The translations under genes were made by a program, and so were the position numbers. A DNA stretch of 61,292 nucleotides, filler included, from Basidioascus undulatus (Eukaryota), in the NCBI GenBank assembly GCA_000826855.1. It is 9 parts of 9 records of this genome, joined end to end, with 100 filler letters (N's around TTAATTAATTAA, not from the genome) between each part and the next. Parts side by side here need not be neighbours in the genome. Positions count along the whole stretch, not along the records: positions 47,959 to 52,339 come from JTLS01002162.1; positions 52,440 to 56,818 come from JTLS01002163.1; positions 56,919 to 61,292 come from JTLS01002164.1; 6 more parts are not named here. One strand, 5' to 3'. Numbering within the stretch: position 1 is the stretch's first letter; each line of letters begins with the position of its first letter. The notes beneath the pieces are model-generated. The model was not told the DNA's origin. It did not search any database and was given only the letters and a program-made list of their open reading frames with translations. Below are positions 47,859 to 61,292 of the stretch, in pieces.

Positions 47859-50318
47859 NNNNNNNNNNNNNNNNNNNNNNNNNNNNNNNNNNNNNNNNNN
47901 NNTTAATTAATTAANNNNNNNNNNNNNNNNNNNNNNNNNNNNNNNNNNNNNNNNNNNNGAGCTCCAAGCTGCGCTACTCGAGAAGGCGCTGGCAGCGACG
48001 TTTGCGGGCGAGGGGTTAGTCGCGGGGTGGGATCGCGTTTGGTGATCCCGACTGGGCGCTGTCAATTTATACGCAGAATGACTCTGGACGCTTTGGGCTT
48101 TGGACCTTTGGCTTTCGTTCATGTTCCCCTTCTTCGTCTTTCGCTTTCGCTTCGCCCCTTCCCTTTTCTTTTCTTCTCCGGGTTCAGCAGCGCCGCTTTA
48201 TTCGTCTGTTCGTTGACCAGAACACTACTCGCTAGAACCAAACTCTCGACCGCCAAACCGCTTCCCCGCTCCCCGTCCCCGAGTTCGCCCCCACCCCTCC
48301 CCTCCGCTTCGCTCGTCTTTGATCATACTACTGCAGTATATCTTTTCGACATTCCCCCGACACCCACTCGCCCACACCCAAGTGTTGTCTGTTTGTTTGT
48401 ATGCTCCTTCATTCCCTTCGTTGTTTTGCTCGATATCGACCCATTTGAACGCATACCGCTCTTGTTACAGTCGTGCTGCTTACGATGTGGGATCCCTGAG
48501 CGGGCAACTCTGGTTGCCTGTAATACCCGATAGTTCAGATTTCGCTCGCCGTACAACTCCCTAATGTACTTATGCTGAAGGCGTCCTTTGCGTGCTATTT
48601 GGTCTAACGAAAACAAGTTTTGCGTGCGCGGACTACCGCTGCAGCCAGCGGGGACGGTGGTTGCTTACGTGGTGACTGTTGGAGCTTTAAAAATGCTCTC
48701 CTCTTCCTCATCAGATATTACACTGTCGTACCCAGATGCACAGGTATGTTGTCAGCCTGTACCAGCCGCAGAAAAACGGGTACTGCCTCCCGCACTATCA
48801 GCCGGGCGCGGCGCCCAACTGCGGCGAGCACGCCACTGGCACTTTCGACTTCCCGGACGGTCCGGCATCGCAGTCGTTTGGCCAGCAGCGATGGTCGTTC
48901 TCTTGGATCTAGGAGGTGTGCGATGGGCGGAATTGGGCGACCTATCTGCTCTGGCTTTCATAGAGATGGATATGGATTCGCTTTGGGACTCGTGAGGAGA
49001 AGATAGACTCTGATTATGCGTATGGTAACGAGAACTGGGAACATTCCTCCAGCAAGTCCGATCCAATTCTCGCATTCAGCAAGCTCCTTAGTACCATCTT
49101 CTGGATTGTGCCGCGAGCATACAGCGCACTCACAGCGGCATAGGTTGAGCAAAGTTGAGCGCACTGCGAGTCGCCTTGCAAAGCATTAAAGGACGATGGG
49201 AACATCGAGCAGGCACTGCACGCGTTCGAGAAGCCCGTAAAGGTCACGGCTAGACCGCACCGCAGTACTCACGGCCGACGACATCGCGATGCGTTGCAGT
49301 ATGGCGGAGGAGGTACATTTCTAATCGGAAATGTTACTTGTTGGAACCGTTACACATCAGGCACGGCGCGCTCTGAGCGAAGAATAAATGGAGCTAGAAT
49401 CGCAGTTAGGCACAGCCGTTGCGTTCAATTGTGAGACGTTGGACAAGCGAAGATTTTCCGGATGTGAGTGCATGGACCATGGTAACTGAACGACAGTAAG
49501 CCGTAAAAGTTTGTATGCAGCGACTCACCCAGTCTCCCCAGCATCCAGCCTCCCCAGCACCCCCACCCATCGGCCCTTACCGACCGTCCCCGCACCGCCA
49601 GAAGACTCGCCAGCGCAGTAACTAGGCCTGATCACCGCGTTCAGATCAGATGCGGCATCCAATAGGTGACGGAGGGATTAGAAGCTCCAGATTCCTTCTA
49701 CTAGGAGATTCAAAGTTAATTTCAGATCAATCCGCCGAGCTAGAACGCACAAGTGGCTGCGACTCGCTTGCTCGTCCTTGCGTTGTCTCTGGCGTTGACA
49801 ACTTGAAGGGGGAACGCAACCCACCCAAAACCTCTAGCGGTTTCCTATAAATAATTCCCCGAACAGAGTATGGTCGAAACATCGAGCAGGCCCCGGCACT
49901 GGTACTGTAAATGCTGATCCCGAAGGCGGAACGGCAGCTGCAGTCTCAGTCCCGATGGGCAACCGTGCGTGTGCAGGGGACTGGACAGCTGCAGCCCTTC
50001 GAGGAAATGGCATGAGAGGAAAGAATGGCTAGTGATGCACTCGTGCGAGCGATGCCAGTCGAGTGGACGCTGCCTGTTGCTGCCTAATTGCCAAGCCCTA
50101 TATTCAAAGCCCTCTCTCTCTTTCCCCGTTCTGCTCCGCACCCCGAAATCACGTCAAAATAGTATGGTGTGGTATATGCTTCGTCGCAACTCTCCCAGTC
50201 AGTCATCGAGCAATCCTTCATCAACCCCTTCTCTTTCCCTTCTCTTCCTCTCTCCTCAGTTGGCTCCCTCCCCAACCCGAACCCAGCGAGACGAAGCGGG
50301 GAGGCGGGTGGGCGAGCG

Positions 50319-52339
50319 CTACGCATGCATGTCGCTCGGGTCCGCGCCGCCAAACGTCCACGCCGCGGCGGCGTCGAGGTCCTCGGGCACGGACTCTTGC
50401 ACGGTGATGTCGTCGCCGAGCTGGACGACGGCGGTGTTCTGCGCGCGTCCCCAGGACAAAGCGTCAGCTCCTCGCTCTTCATTCTCCATTCTCCATTCAG
50501 AGCGGGCGAAAGGGAAAGGGAAGGGGAAAGGGGAAACAAGTGGGGAGATCGGGAGAGCGGAAAAGCAAGTGGGGGAGAGAGAAATGAACACGCACCAGCG
50601 AAGTAGTAACCTTAATCGCCGGCTTGCCCGGCATATAAAGCGTCGGCTCTTCCTCCCGCTCCTCTCCCTCCTTCTCCCCCTCCTCCCCCCCATCCTCCCC
50701 ATCCTTCCCTACCGACTCGATCCCCTTCCCGCGGTTCGAAGCCCTGACGAGCCGCACGATGTTCTTGGCGGCCACCTCCGCCTGGAACCACGCGGTGTGC
50801 CCCGCCTTGATTGCGCCAAAGGCGTCGGCTGCGTCGCCGATCACGAACTGCGCGGAGGGAGAGGCGGCATCCGTCGTCAGAAAGGGGGAAGGAGACCGGG
50901 GGAGGACGAGGGAAGAGGAAAGACGAGGGAAGAGGGAGGGAACGGGGATGGGGAAGGTAGAATGGAGCAGGGAGCAGGGAGGAGGAAGACGGAAGAAGGA
51001 AGACGGGAGAAGGGGGAAGGGGGAAGGAACAGGCAGGGAAGGAAGGTGAAGGTGAAAGGGGGAGAAAGAGAAAAGAGGGAGACGTAAGACGCACGATATT
51101 AGGGTACGGACTCGGGCTGATCTCCATCCTCTCCATGTCCTCCTCGAGCCCTTGAAGATCGGACGACGAAGACGCGCGGGAGGATGTAGGCGTAGTGTGC
51201 AGCGACGCGAGCTGCATCGTCCGCGTGACCTTTGCGAGGCCGGTCTGCGGGTCGACCGAGGAGGGCGAGAGCGAGGAGAGCAGGGACGTGTTGGGCTGCT
51301 GGCCGGTGCAGAGGAGCTGCGGGGGCGGTCGGGAGAGAGGGTGAGCACGAGGGCGAAAGGGGGAAAGAAGGGACGGAGAAGGGAGAGAAAGTGAGAGGGA
51401 AATGGAGAGGGGGGATAGAGGGGAAAGAGGGAGGGGGAAGGGGATGTGGGAATGGGGCAGAGGGGCGGAAAAAGAGAGAAGAAAGGAAGAGCGAGAAGGC
51501 GGTGAAAGGAGAATGGACAGAGGAAAAGAAAGACAAAAGGAGAACGACGACGCACCAGTAAATCGCACTCCAATTCCCGTCCCCCCCTCGTCCTGACCCT
51601 CCCCTCCCTGACCCGTCCCTCCCGGTCCACCGTCGTCCGCTCGTCGAGCACGATCCGGTCCTCGAGGATGATTTGGACGCCGAGCGCGCGCAGTTGGCGG
51701 AGGATGAGGTCGTGCATCTGCGGGTCGAAGCGCGGGAGGAGGCGGGCCCGGGAATGCACGAGAGTGACGTGATGAGAGGAAGAGTGGTGGTGCGCTATGT
51801 CGGAGGCGGACTCTGTGGGAGGGCACGCGGGTGAGCAGCGGCACCAAGAAGTGGGAGAAGGGTGAGAGAACGTACGGATCCCCAGCGCCCCCCCGCCCAC
51901 CACCACGACGTTCCTCGCCTCCCTGACCAGCTCCTGCCGTCTCTTCAACCACTGCACGCCCGCCTTCTTCGTCCCCCCGCCCCTCTCCTCCTCGCTCATC
52001 TCGAGCGGCTGTGGCATCCGACTCCCCAGTGCATACACCATGTAGTCATAGTCCACCTCCCTTCCCAAGCCGTACTCCTCGAACGCGCGGCTGAGGGTGA
52101 CGGAAGAGGCTGAGATGGACTCGACGGTGGCGTGCAGGATGAGGTGCCTGTCCTGTGCCGAAGGCGGCGGGTTGGAGGGTGCGGCGTCGAGCAGGATGCG
52201 GGAGGCGGGGTCGGAGGAGAGCGCGGAAGGGGAGGAGGGCGTGGGGTGCGAGGTGGAAGAGGAACGGGAGCGCAGGGCGGATGGGGCGGAGGAGGCCCGC
52301 TCGGCGGGCGGGGAGCAGGAGGGGGAGAGGCGCACATAG
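50319..52339 (-). CDS. AIF/AMID-like FAD-dependent pyridine nucleotide-disulfide oxidoreductase; 5' truncated
   Basis: YDYMVYALGS, VVVVGGGALGI, VTLVHSRARLL, CTGQQPNT, FVIGDAADAFGAIKAGHTAWFQAEVAAKNI. Confidence 0.9.
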
Positions 52340-52439
52340 NNNNNNNNNNNNNNNNNNNNNNNNNNNNNNNNNNNNNNNNNNNNTTAATTAATTAANNNNN
52401 NNNNNNNNNNNNNNNNNNNNNNNNNNNNNNNNNNNNNNN

Positions 52440-53963
<1,524 letters not shown>

Positions 53964-53979
53964 GACGCTCTTCCATTCC

Positions 53980-54052
53980 GCTCGCGTTCGGGTTGAGATT
54001 GCTCCGCTCGCGTTTGGGTTGAGATTGCTCGCGTTCGGGTTGAGATTGCTCG
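53980..54052 (+). repeat. Three tandem copies of GCTCGCGTTYGGGTTGAGATT just downstream of the CLA4 stop
   Basis: Seen directly; 21-26 bp units. Confidence 0.9.
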
Positions 54053-55249
54053 TGCTTCGTGGGGCGGGGACCTGCCGGCATGCGCCTGGTTGTTCGCCCG
54101 TCAGACTCTTTTGCACATTGTGTCTTTCGCTGTCCATCTTGCATGTATCATTTCACGCGGTTTCGGTCCCGCCGTCGTCTGTGGTGAACACGTGCTCGTG
54201 CTAGCTGAGCAGTGAGGACTGAGCTGGGACGGTGTGGAGGTCGACCCGCAAAAGCGAGATAAAGTTTGCTCGGTTATTAAAGCCATGACTCGGCAAGAGG
54301 GACAATGGGGGAAGCAGGCGCTCGTTACAGCCGTTCGAATGTCCAAGTCCGCTCCGCGCAGACGCCCTGCAGTGGGTACCCTCACGGCCAGTCCCTCGTT
54401 GCACCATCTTTGACGGGCCAGAGGTCGTGTAGTCGCAGTGTCTGCGCGAGTGCGTTCTAACGCACAGTCGATCTCTGAAGACCTACATAAATCTACCACA
54501 ATCCGCTGAGTCACATTGACAACTCCAGCTGCGGGTTCTCAGAGCCACGGAGTCGCACAGCTCGCCTTGCAGGGGAAGCCAGCAGCGCCACGTTCACAGC
54601 TGAAACAGTGAACACTAAGCGAGCAATAAATGCATAGAAGGCGGTCTCAATCGTGCCCTCGATATGCTGTTGTTGGGCGTTTGAAATGAGCTGAACTACA
54701 GGTATTACTGGATCGGGCAACTGCAACGGGCGTACGCGGGTAGGGCTTGCGGTACAGGGAAACCTTCTTGGAGACATTTATCATCTGGCTGCGACAACCA
54801 ACTGATGCTCGTGTTCAAGCTTCTTGAGCCCCTTGGTGGGAGTGTCCGCTGTCATATCTGCTGTCAGGACATAAACAACCTTGCTCACCATCGGCAACGA
54901 GCTCACTGATGGAACACTGGATTCTGCGCAAGTGTTTTTGCACCCTGGTTGTCACCAAAGAGTATCATTGTGCTGGGTGACTTACTTGGTGTCAGGAACT
55001 GAGCTTGGCCGGCCATGCTGAGGCAATTTACTGTACCTGTGCGTCTTTAGAGCGTTTCAAATTCATAACCCTTCACTGATGCCCAAGAGCAGACTCGACA
55101 ATCACTGTCTCGTCCGAATGGGTCGTTGAGAGTACGTCCTCAGTGCTTGAGTCTCCGGAATAGACTGTACGGCCCAGTGCCGTGCCTGAGAGTGCTGGCA
55201 TGCTGATTCTGACCTTGACCTTAAACAGCTCAGACCAGATACGGGTATG

Positions 55250-55985
55250 AGCAATCGTGGACGCAGCCTGTCAACCTGGTGACGACCACGCTCGTCGAAG
55301 TCGAGAACTGGCCGAACCCGACCTGTGCAGTGTGTCACCTTTCCTCTTTTCTTCTCCTGCCTCGTCCGTCTAAACGCATCCTCACAGCCAACCTGGTGCC
55401 AACTCTCCCCAGGAGGCGGACGCGCCCCGGGTCCCTGCGCTCTTGCCGTACGCATCACAGCTCTATGCCGCTCTTCCTCGTGCACCTCACTCACCGACGG
55501 GGGCACGCAGTACTGGACGCCTCTAGCCGACGACCCCCGCTCGCCGAACTACGTCCCGCCGACGGTGACGAGCCCCCTGGCCGGAGGAGACCCTCGCGAA
55601 CGCGTACCAGACGCTGGACTACGACCCGTACGCGAGCGCAGCGCCCGCCCCCGCCGACGTCGACCCCGCCGCATCCTCGCCGACTGCCGACGCCGTTGCT
55701 CCCCCGCGAAGCAGCGTCTCTCTCAGCTATGGGCCTGTTACGTCCATGTACACCAGGATCGTTTCGGCCTCTCCAGCGTCGGCGCCGGACAGCGCGGCCG
55801 CCGCCGAGGGCACGGCCAACGCAGCAGCAGCAGACACGGCAGACAGCGAGGGCTCGACGCTCGACGGCACGCAGGCGTTCGCCCGAAGCAGGACTTCCAA
55901 GTCTGAGGAGGGCAGCGGTTCCACCCGCTCTGCGACGCCGCGCAGACTCAGGGATCGTCTGGCGCAAGTGCAGGCCTTGCGCTGA
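55250..55985 (+). CDS. Possible hypothetical or decayed Ser/Thr/Ala-rich protein
   Basis: GC-rich coding-like segments (TQYWTPLADDPRSPNYVPP; SAAAAEGTANAAAAD) in different frames; start unclear. Confidence 0.3.
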
Positions 55986-56503
55986 GCGTCGGCGGGGTAG
56001 TCGTGGGCCTGCTCGGCGGGGCTTTGGTGCTTTGACTCGCGATGTCCCTCGACATTTGTTGGACTGGCTATGTTTGCTTATCGCACCTTACACAAGATAC
56101 GCTCCATATGCATCTATGCATCCACTACGTACATGCCGAAGAGCTTTGCTCCGCGCGACTTTAAGCGAAAGCGACGGTCTCGCTGATGTCCGCTCATTCC
56201 GAACACTCGACTTGAAGCCATTCGCGTCCTGCATTATCTGCGGAAACAATACTGCATCACTGAGCATGTAGCAATGCGTGGGTGTTGCCCCCGTAGGACC
56301 CGCGAAGGGTGGCCGTCGTCCCAGCAGCCAACCGCACGATCACGCATGGTTCCCAAGCCAAACACCCATGGCTCCCAGGCAAGCACCCATGCCCCGGAAG
56401 AATCTAAAAGTTTCGTTTTTCAATCACTTGACTTCGCTATCATCGTACAGAACTAATCAACCCATTGTCCCTCCTCCGCTCCCGCCAAGCCATCGCACAG
56501 GTC

Positions 56504-56818
56504 CTACAGGTTGGCCTTGGTGACGAAGTCGACGCCCTGCCGTATCCCCTTCATGGTCAATCTCACAGGAGCGGGGGGTGGAGGAAGACGAGGGAGAGGT
56601 GGGGGGGGCAGACCTTGGCAATGTTCGCCTCGAGCTCGGGAATGGCCTCCGCCAGGAGCTTCTTCTCGTAGTCGGTGATGGAGCCGAGGGGGTTGAGCTT
56701 CTGGACACCCTCGGGCTGTTCGTTCGTAGCCGAGCACAGAGAACATCATGAGCAACTCGAACGGTCGGTAAAGAGGCAGAGTGACATGAGTGGGGGAGAG
56801 GGGGGACGTACGCCGAGC
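56504..56818 (-). CDS. Malate dehydrogenase, C-terminal fragment
   Basis: LG|PEGVQKLNPLGSITDYEKKLLAEAIPELEANIAK|GVDFVTKANL*. Confidence 0.9.
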   Translation of the reverse strand, partial: ARRTSPLSPTHVTLPLYRPFELLMMFSVLGYERTARGCPEAQPPRLHHRLREEAPGGGHSRARGEHCQGLPPPPLPRLPPPPAPVRLTMKGIRQGVDFVTKANL

Positions 56819-56918
56819 NNNNNNNNNNNNNNNNNNNNNNNNNNNNNNNNNNNNNNNNNNNNTTAATTAATTAANNNNNNNNNNNNNNNNNNNNNNNNNN
56901 NNNNNNNNNNNNNNNNNN

Positions 56919-57101
56919 GACGGAGGCGGAGGAGGAGGACGAGGAGGGGGTGCGCCGGCTCGAGGATGCGCCGGAGATGGATCTCCCACCGGACTTGGTT
57001 GAGCGCGGGCGGGCGTCAGCGCGGGCCACGGAGGGCGCGTAGTAGGTCGTGTAAGGGAGTTCCTGAGGTGCAGCAGCCAGGGAGGATGCGTCCTGGCCCA
57101 T
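56919..57101 (-). CDS. N-terminus of a hypothetical protein (MGQDASS...), truncated
   Basis: High-GC ORF start running into the linker; Gly2/Ser6 fits N-myristoylation. Confidence 0.45.
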
Positions 57102-60100
57102 GCTCGGTGAGTGAGGGGGAGGATGATGGTGGATGCACTCAGCGTGTGCACCGGGCTCGCGCCGCCGCTGCCGGCCTGCCCGTGATAGGGTGCACCGATA
57201 GGAAATTATAAAGAAATCTGTGCATTCGGAGAGACGAGTGCATGTCGGGCGAAGCGGGTGAGACGATAGCAACTTAGCAGGACGCGCACGGACAGCAGCT
57301 GCTGCAGCGCATGCAGGGCCGCGCGCTTCAACGGCACAAACCATGCGGGGTAGTCCCGAGTTTATGCCGACTACGCTTTGGAAAGTATTCAAATGCAACG
57401 GCTTTTGGTCCGCGTTTGGAAAGGCTGGCGAAGATTTTCTTGTGGAAACGATTGACATGCTAAGTGAATGGTATTGCATCAGGAGAAGGAAGAAGGAAAA
57501 ACGCGACGATGCGAGTGCCGACAGCGTGACAACCTGAGCCAGCCGCATGGCCATGTCCTTTCTTTGCCCTTGCCTTTATTCATGTTTAATTGCTGCCTTT
57601 TGACAAAGCGCCGTACTCCATTCTCAGAATGTCCCGAATACAGGGATTCTTTTGGACAGAAGTAACAGACTTTACGCTCATTTAACCTGCTCCACCCCCG
57701 ACACACTCTCCAGAACTCCCGACCCCGCCTACAGCCCAGACGCTCGCAAGCCGGTCCCAGCGCCCCGGCCTCAGCACCGATCGAACTTGGAGATTCCGAC
57801 GATTCAGAGGAAGACGCGGACATAACGGGACGTTTCAGGGCTGGTACGCAGCGTGCAGAGCTCACCTGACGTGTCTCGACAGGTGAATGTGAACGATCGC
57901 GTGACGGAGTTATGGGAGAAGGAGCTCCTGCTGAATAGGTCTGTGCGATCGCTCGGGCTACAGTTGCTTAATGTGCAAGCTGATGAGGACTGCGAGCGCA
58001 GGGCCAAGCGTTGGAGGTCAAAAGCGCGCTGGAAGAGCTGAAGTGTAACGACGGCGCTGGGTCCACTGATCAAGAAGCTCACCTCCAGTACCTCGAAGTG
58101 GGAACTCTTCGTTATCCTAGCATCTGGGGATAATCGCTCAAATCCTCGTGACAGGATCTGCTGAAGATCCTCGACTATGACGCGGTGGTCTGCCACGTAA
58201 GCTTCTCCAGATCCATGAAAGGCTCTTCAGCGTCGTTGTACATGTCGCTTAAAGTCGCTTTGTGGCTCGCTCGCAGTGCCAGCTCTTGGAGGCTTGTCTG
58301 GGCTGAACGACTGCACCGTGGACCCTCCGGGGGTGGGCCGAAGTTGTCGCCGAGCAAGCGCAGTAAGCTTTTCAGGGCGAGGTACCTGAGGGCGACGCAG
58401 GGGAGGAGAGGGAGAAGGAAAAGGACGAGCCTGAACCTCCACCTCGGCGGACGAGCGGGCGACTGAGGCACAAGGACTTGCTTGAAATTACAAATATTGC
58501 CTGTCGTGCTCCATCAGTTGGGGGATGTTCCTTAATCAGGTCAGTCGGGAAATAAACTCCGATACACTCTGGGAGTCCAAGTATATGCACAAACGTTTGT
58601 TCGAAAACGATCACGCCGTGCGAGCGTCGCAGTCTGCGAAAAGTTGGTTCGGCCTGGCGGCCTTGGGACATCGTCATAGGAATCACACGGTGACCGTCTC
58701 AGACAATTTTGCCAGATAGGATGGTTTTCTTCTTTCCTAAACCTGATGTTCTTCATCACGGCTATCCGGGTGCCCAGTAGCATGGACGTCAGCGCTGCTG
58801 CGAGCTTCATCCATCCTTCTGCGCAGCTGACAGGGGGGGCCTGTATCACTACCAACGGGATGGACTGTTGAAAAACAGATACTTATAGAGGCACTGGCCC
58901 CCGGTATGGCAGGGATCCTGTGCCAGGGATCCTGCGCCAGCATGGCTCGTAGCTAAGCTGGCTGTCCGTTGAACGCTCGGCGGCTAGCTCGCCCTCACAC
59001 TTGTGAATTGCACCATATTTTGGCTTAGCTTGCAGAATTCTAGAATATTTTCAAGTTTGAAATATGTGCCTGCATTTCGCACCGCATCACTCAGCAGAGG
59101 GAGGCGAGCTCCTGGTGGCCGATACGTCAGGCATATTGTCCCGGGTCCTGCCCTCTCTCCCATTGCAGTTGCTCAATCTGGAAAAAAGGGGAGCAATTCC
59201 TGAGACCCAAAAGATCTTGAATAGCTTTTCTCATATAGGGGCATACTGGACCTGTAAGGGCGGTTAAGAGACTGCAGCAGAAGCGCATGAGGTAGCCTGC
59301 GATCGCTCTTGCTAGTTCTCCCTCTTCTTCTCCCCTAAGAGCTAGCGATGCAGAAACTGATTGATTGTATTCTTTGTATTAAATGAGGGTAAAGTGTCCT
59401 ATTTTTCTAGAAGCTGATTCTCGTCACCCCCGCTGCGATCGAGACCGTCACGCTCGGAAAGATCGAAGCTGCGCTGGAGTTGTGCAGATTTTAACGGGCA
59501 TACACACCGGGAGTTTGTGCTCTGCTGGTATCAGGACGGGCTCGTTCCGTAGACGCGGTAAAGCGTGAGGATGAAATGCATGTGTGGAAGAACGATGCAC
59601 GGTTAATAAAGTGACCTCCTCCCCGTTCCCCCCTCGGCAGCGAAGTGTCCGTGCCGTCTTCACCATCGGGAATCGGGCGAGGTCGAGTGAAGATGAGCTC
59701 AAGAAGGGGAAGACGACGGTGTCCGGGTCAGGTGAGTTGCGGGTGAATTGAAATGCGATGAGAGGAGGAGGAGGGAAAATGGAGGGCGTGGAGCGGGTAA
59801 GGAGGTCGAGGGCTGAGTCGAGCTCACGTTGCACCGCGAGTGAATGAACGAGGTGCGGCGATGCCGAGAGGGATCCCAGTGGGAATACGGACATGAATGC
59901 GAGGCTGAACAGATGTAGAGGTCAGTTTATGGCGAGGACGAGCAGCGACAAACCGAGGAGGACGAGTGCGAGATGAAGTTGAGCGGGAAGACGGACGGCG
60001 GCAACTCAAAATAGCCTGCACGTGCACACTACCGCCGAGCACGTGCGCAGAGAACTCGGAGACTCTCGAATGACGCCTCGCCTCGAGAGGACGAGCTTGA

Positions 60101-60235
60101 GCTCTGCACTGCGATGCCAGCCAGCTTTGTCTTCTCCCTTCACGACCATCAGCTTTGGTGCACGACCATCAGCTTTGCGGGTGCGAGTAGAACACAGGCT
60201 TAATTGGTATATGCGCCTGAAGGAAGGAGGGGGGC

Positions 60236-61292
60236 ATGAAATTCGCACGGTACGTTCTCTGAGGTCTTCGTACGCTCAGAGCTGGGACTGGAGGAGCTGA
60301 ACGGGTTGTGGCCCCCTCACGCAGATATCTCGCGGAGAACGCGACGCCAGGTGAGTCCCTTCCTTGGACCATACCCGCTCCCAGCACCTCACCCTCCCCC
60401 GCTCCCCGTGAACACAGAATGGCGCCGTGCCTACGTGGACTACAAGCGGCTCAAGAAGATCCTCAAGAACGTGGTTAAGGCGCGGGAAGCGCCCTCGCCC
60501 CCCTCCCAGCCCGTCGTCCCCGGCGGGCAGGCTAGCCCACTGACGGAGCGCGTCGACCGCGCCGACTACGGCGCGATCAAGAGCGGCACGCCCTCGCGCA
60601 CGCCATCGCGAGTGGGGAGCGTGCGCCGCGTCCGCAGTGCGCGGAGCCTCGAGGCGGCCGCGGGCGCGGAGGCGCTGGCGTCTGAGGAGGAGGAGGAGGA
60701 GGGGCAGAGGGAGGCGGAGATTAGGAGGCGGAGAAGGGAGAGCAGGAGGGAAGGCGCACAGCCGAGGGAGAGGAAGGACGCCCTGACGAGCGCGGAGAGG
60801 AGCCCGAGGTTGGAGGAAGACGCGCATGGGTCGGGAAGGAGCGATAGTGAGTTACTTTTCTGGGTGCGGTCTGGTGCTTTCTGGTCGTTATGGCAGCTGT
60901 CCGTAGCGAAGGAGGATATGGAAAGGGGAGTACTGACCCGCGATGCCTTTCTAGGCCACCTCATCCCCCCTCAAAAGCTGCAAGACCGGATCCGCTCGCT
61001 CCCCCCCGCGGACCAGCAGTTCTTCGCTGCGCTCGATCAAGAGCTCGAAAAAGTCGACTCCTTCTACCTCGAGCGTGAGGCCGAAGCGCAGCAGCGCTGG
61101 CGGCTCCTCTCCCAGCAGCTCGCAGCGCTGGCACAGCACCGCAAGGCGTTCTACTCGAAGGGTCCCGCGTCATGGTGGGCCGCGCTCAAGAGCGCGTGGC
61201 AGGACCCCAAGCCGAGCGTGATCACGCGCACGCTGCGGAGGAAGCCGCCGAGGACGGACTGGCACCTTCCTGGGGAGGGGGAGGAGGGGACG
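60236..61292 (+). CDS. SYG1: SPX-domain protein, Syg1/XPR1 (SPX-EXS)-like; 3' truncated
   Basis: MKFAR|YLAENATP|EWRRAYVDYKRLKKIL...FFAALDQELEKVDSFYLERE...LSQQLAALAQHR. Confidence 0.85.

Overview
Eukaryotic, intron-rich fungal DNA, most likely a basidiomycete (Pucciniomycotina-like, inferred from GTGCGT/GTACGT donors and very GC-rich exons). The window is not one locus: nine contigs are joined by eight artificial 100-nt linkers (N44-TTAATTAATTAA-N44), so adjacency across linkers is meaningless. It holds about 20 recognisable spliced genes: HSL-type esterase, prefoldin 4, muskelin, SmF, NC2-beta, Ssh4, OST-alpha, dynactin p25, TCAB1/Swt21, DOMON-cytochrome b561, SCCPDH-like, free-standing DUF2156, SnoaL-like, Uso1, Ebp1/PA2G4, CCT4, ERG8, AIF/AMID-like, Cla4, MDH and Syg1. 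It also holds two ordinary tRNA genes (Ser-GCT, Glu-CTC) and three decayed copies of an F-box-like gene. The standout is a circularly permuted tRNA-Arg(ACG) gene at 31690-31762: the 3' half precedes the 5' half with a 1-nt spacer, the break lies at the canonical 37/38 intron site, and there is an upstream TATA-like element and a downstream T-run. I know this architecture from some algae, a nucleomorph and an archaeon, but not from fungi. A second unexplained element is a 36-bp-period array of a palindromic GTGC-N6-GCAC motif between the two normal tRNA genes. CDS coordinates are outer gene spans including introns, read by eye.
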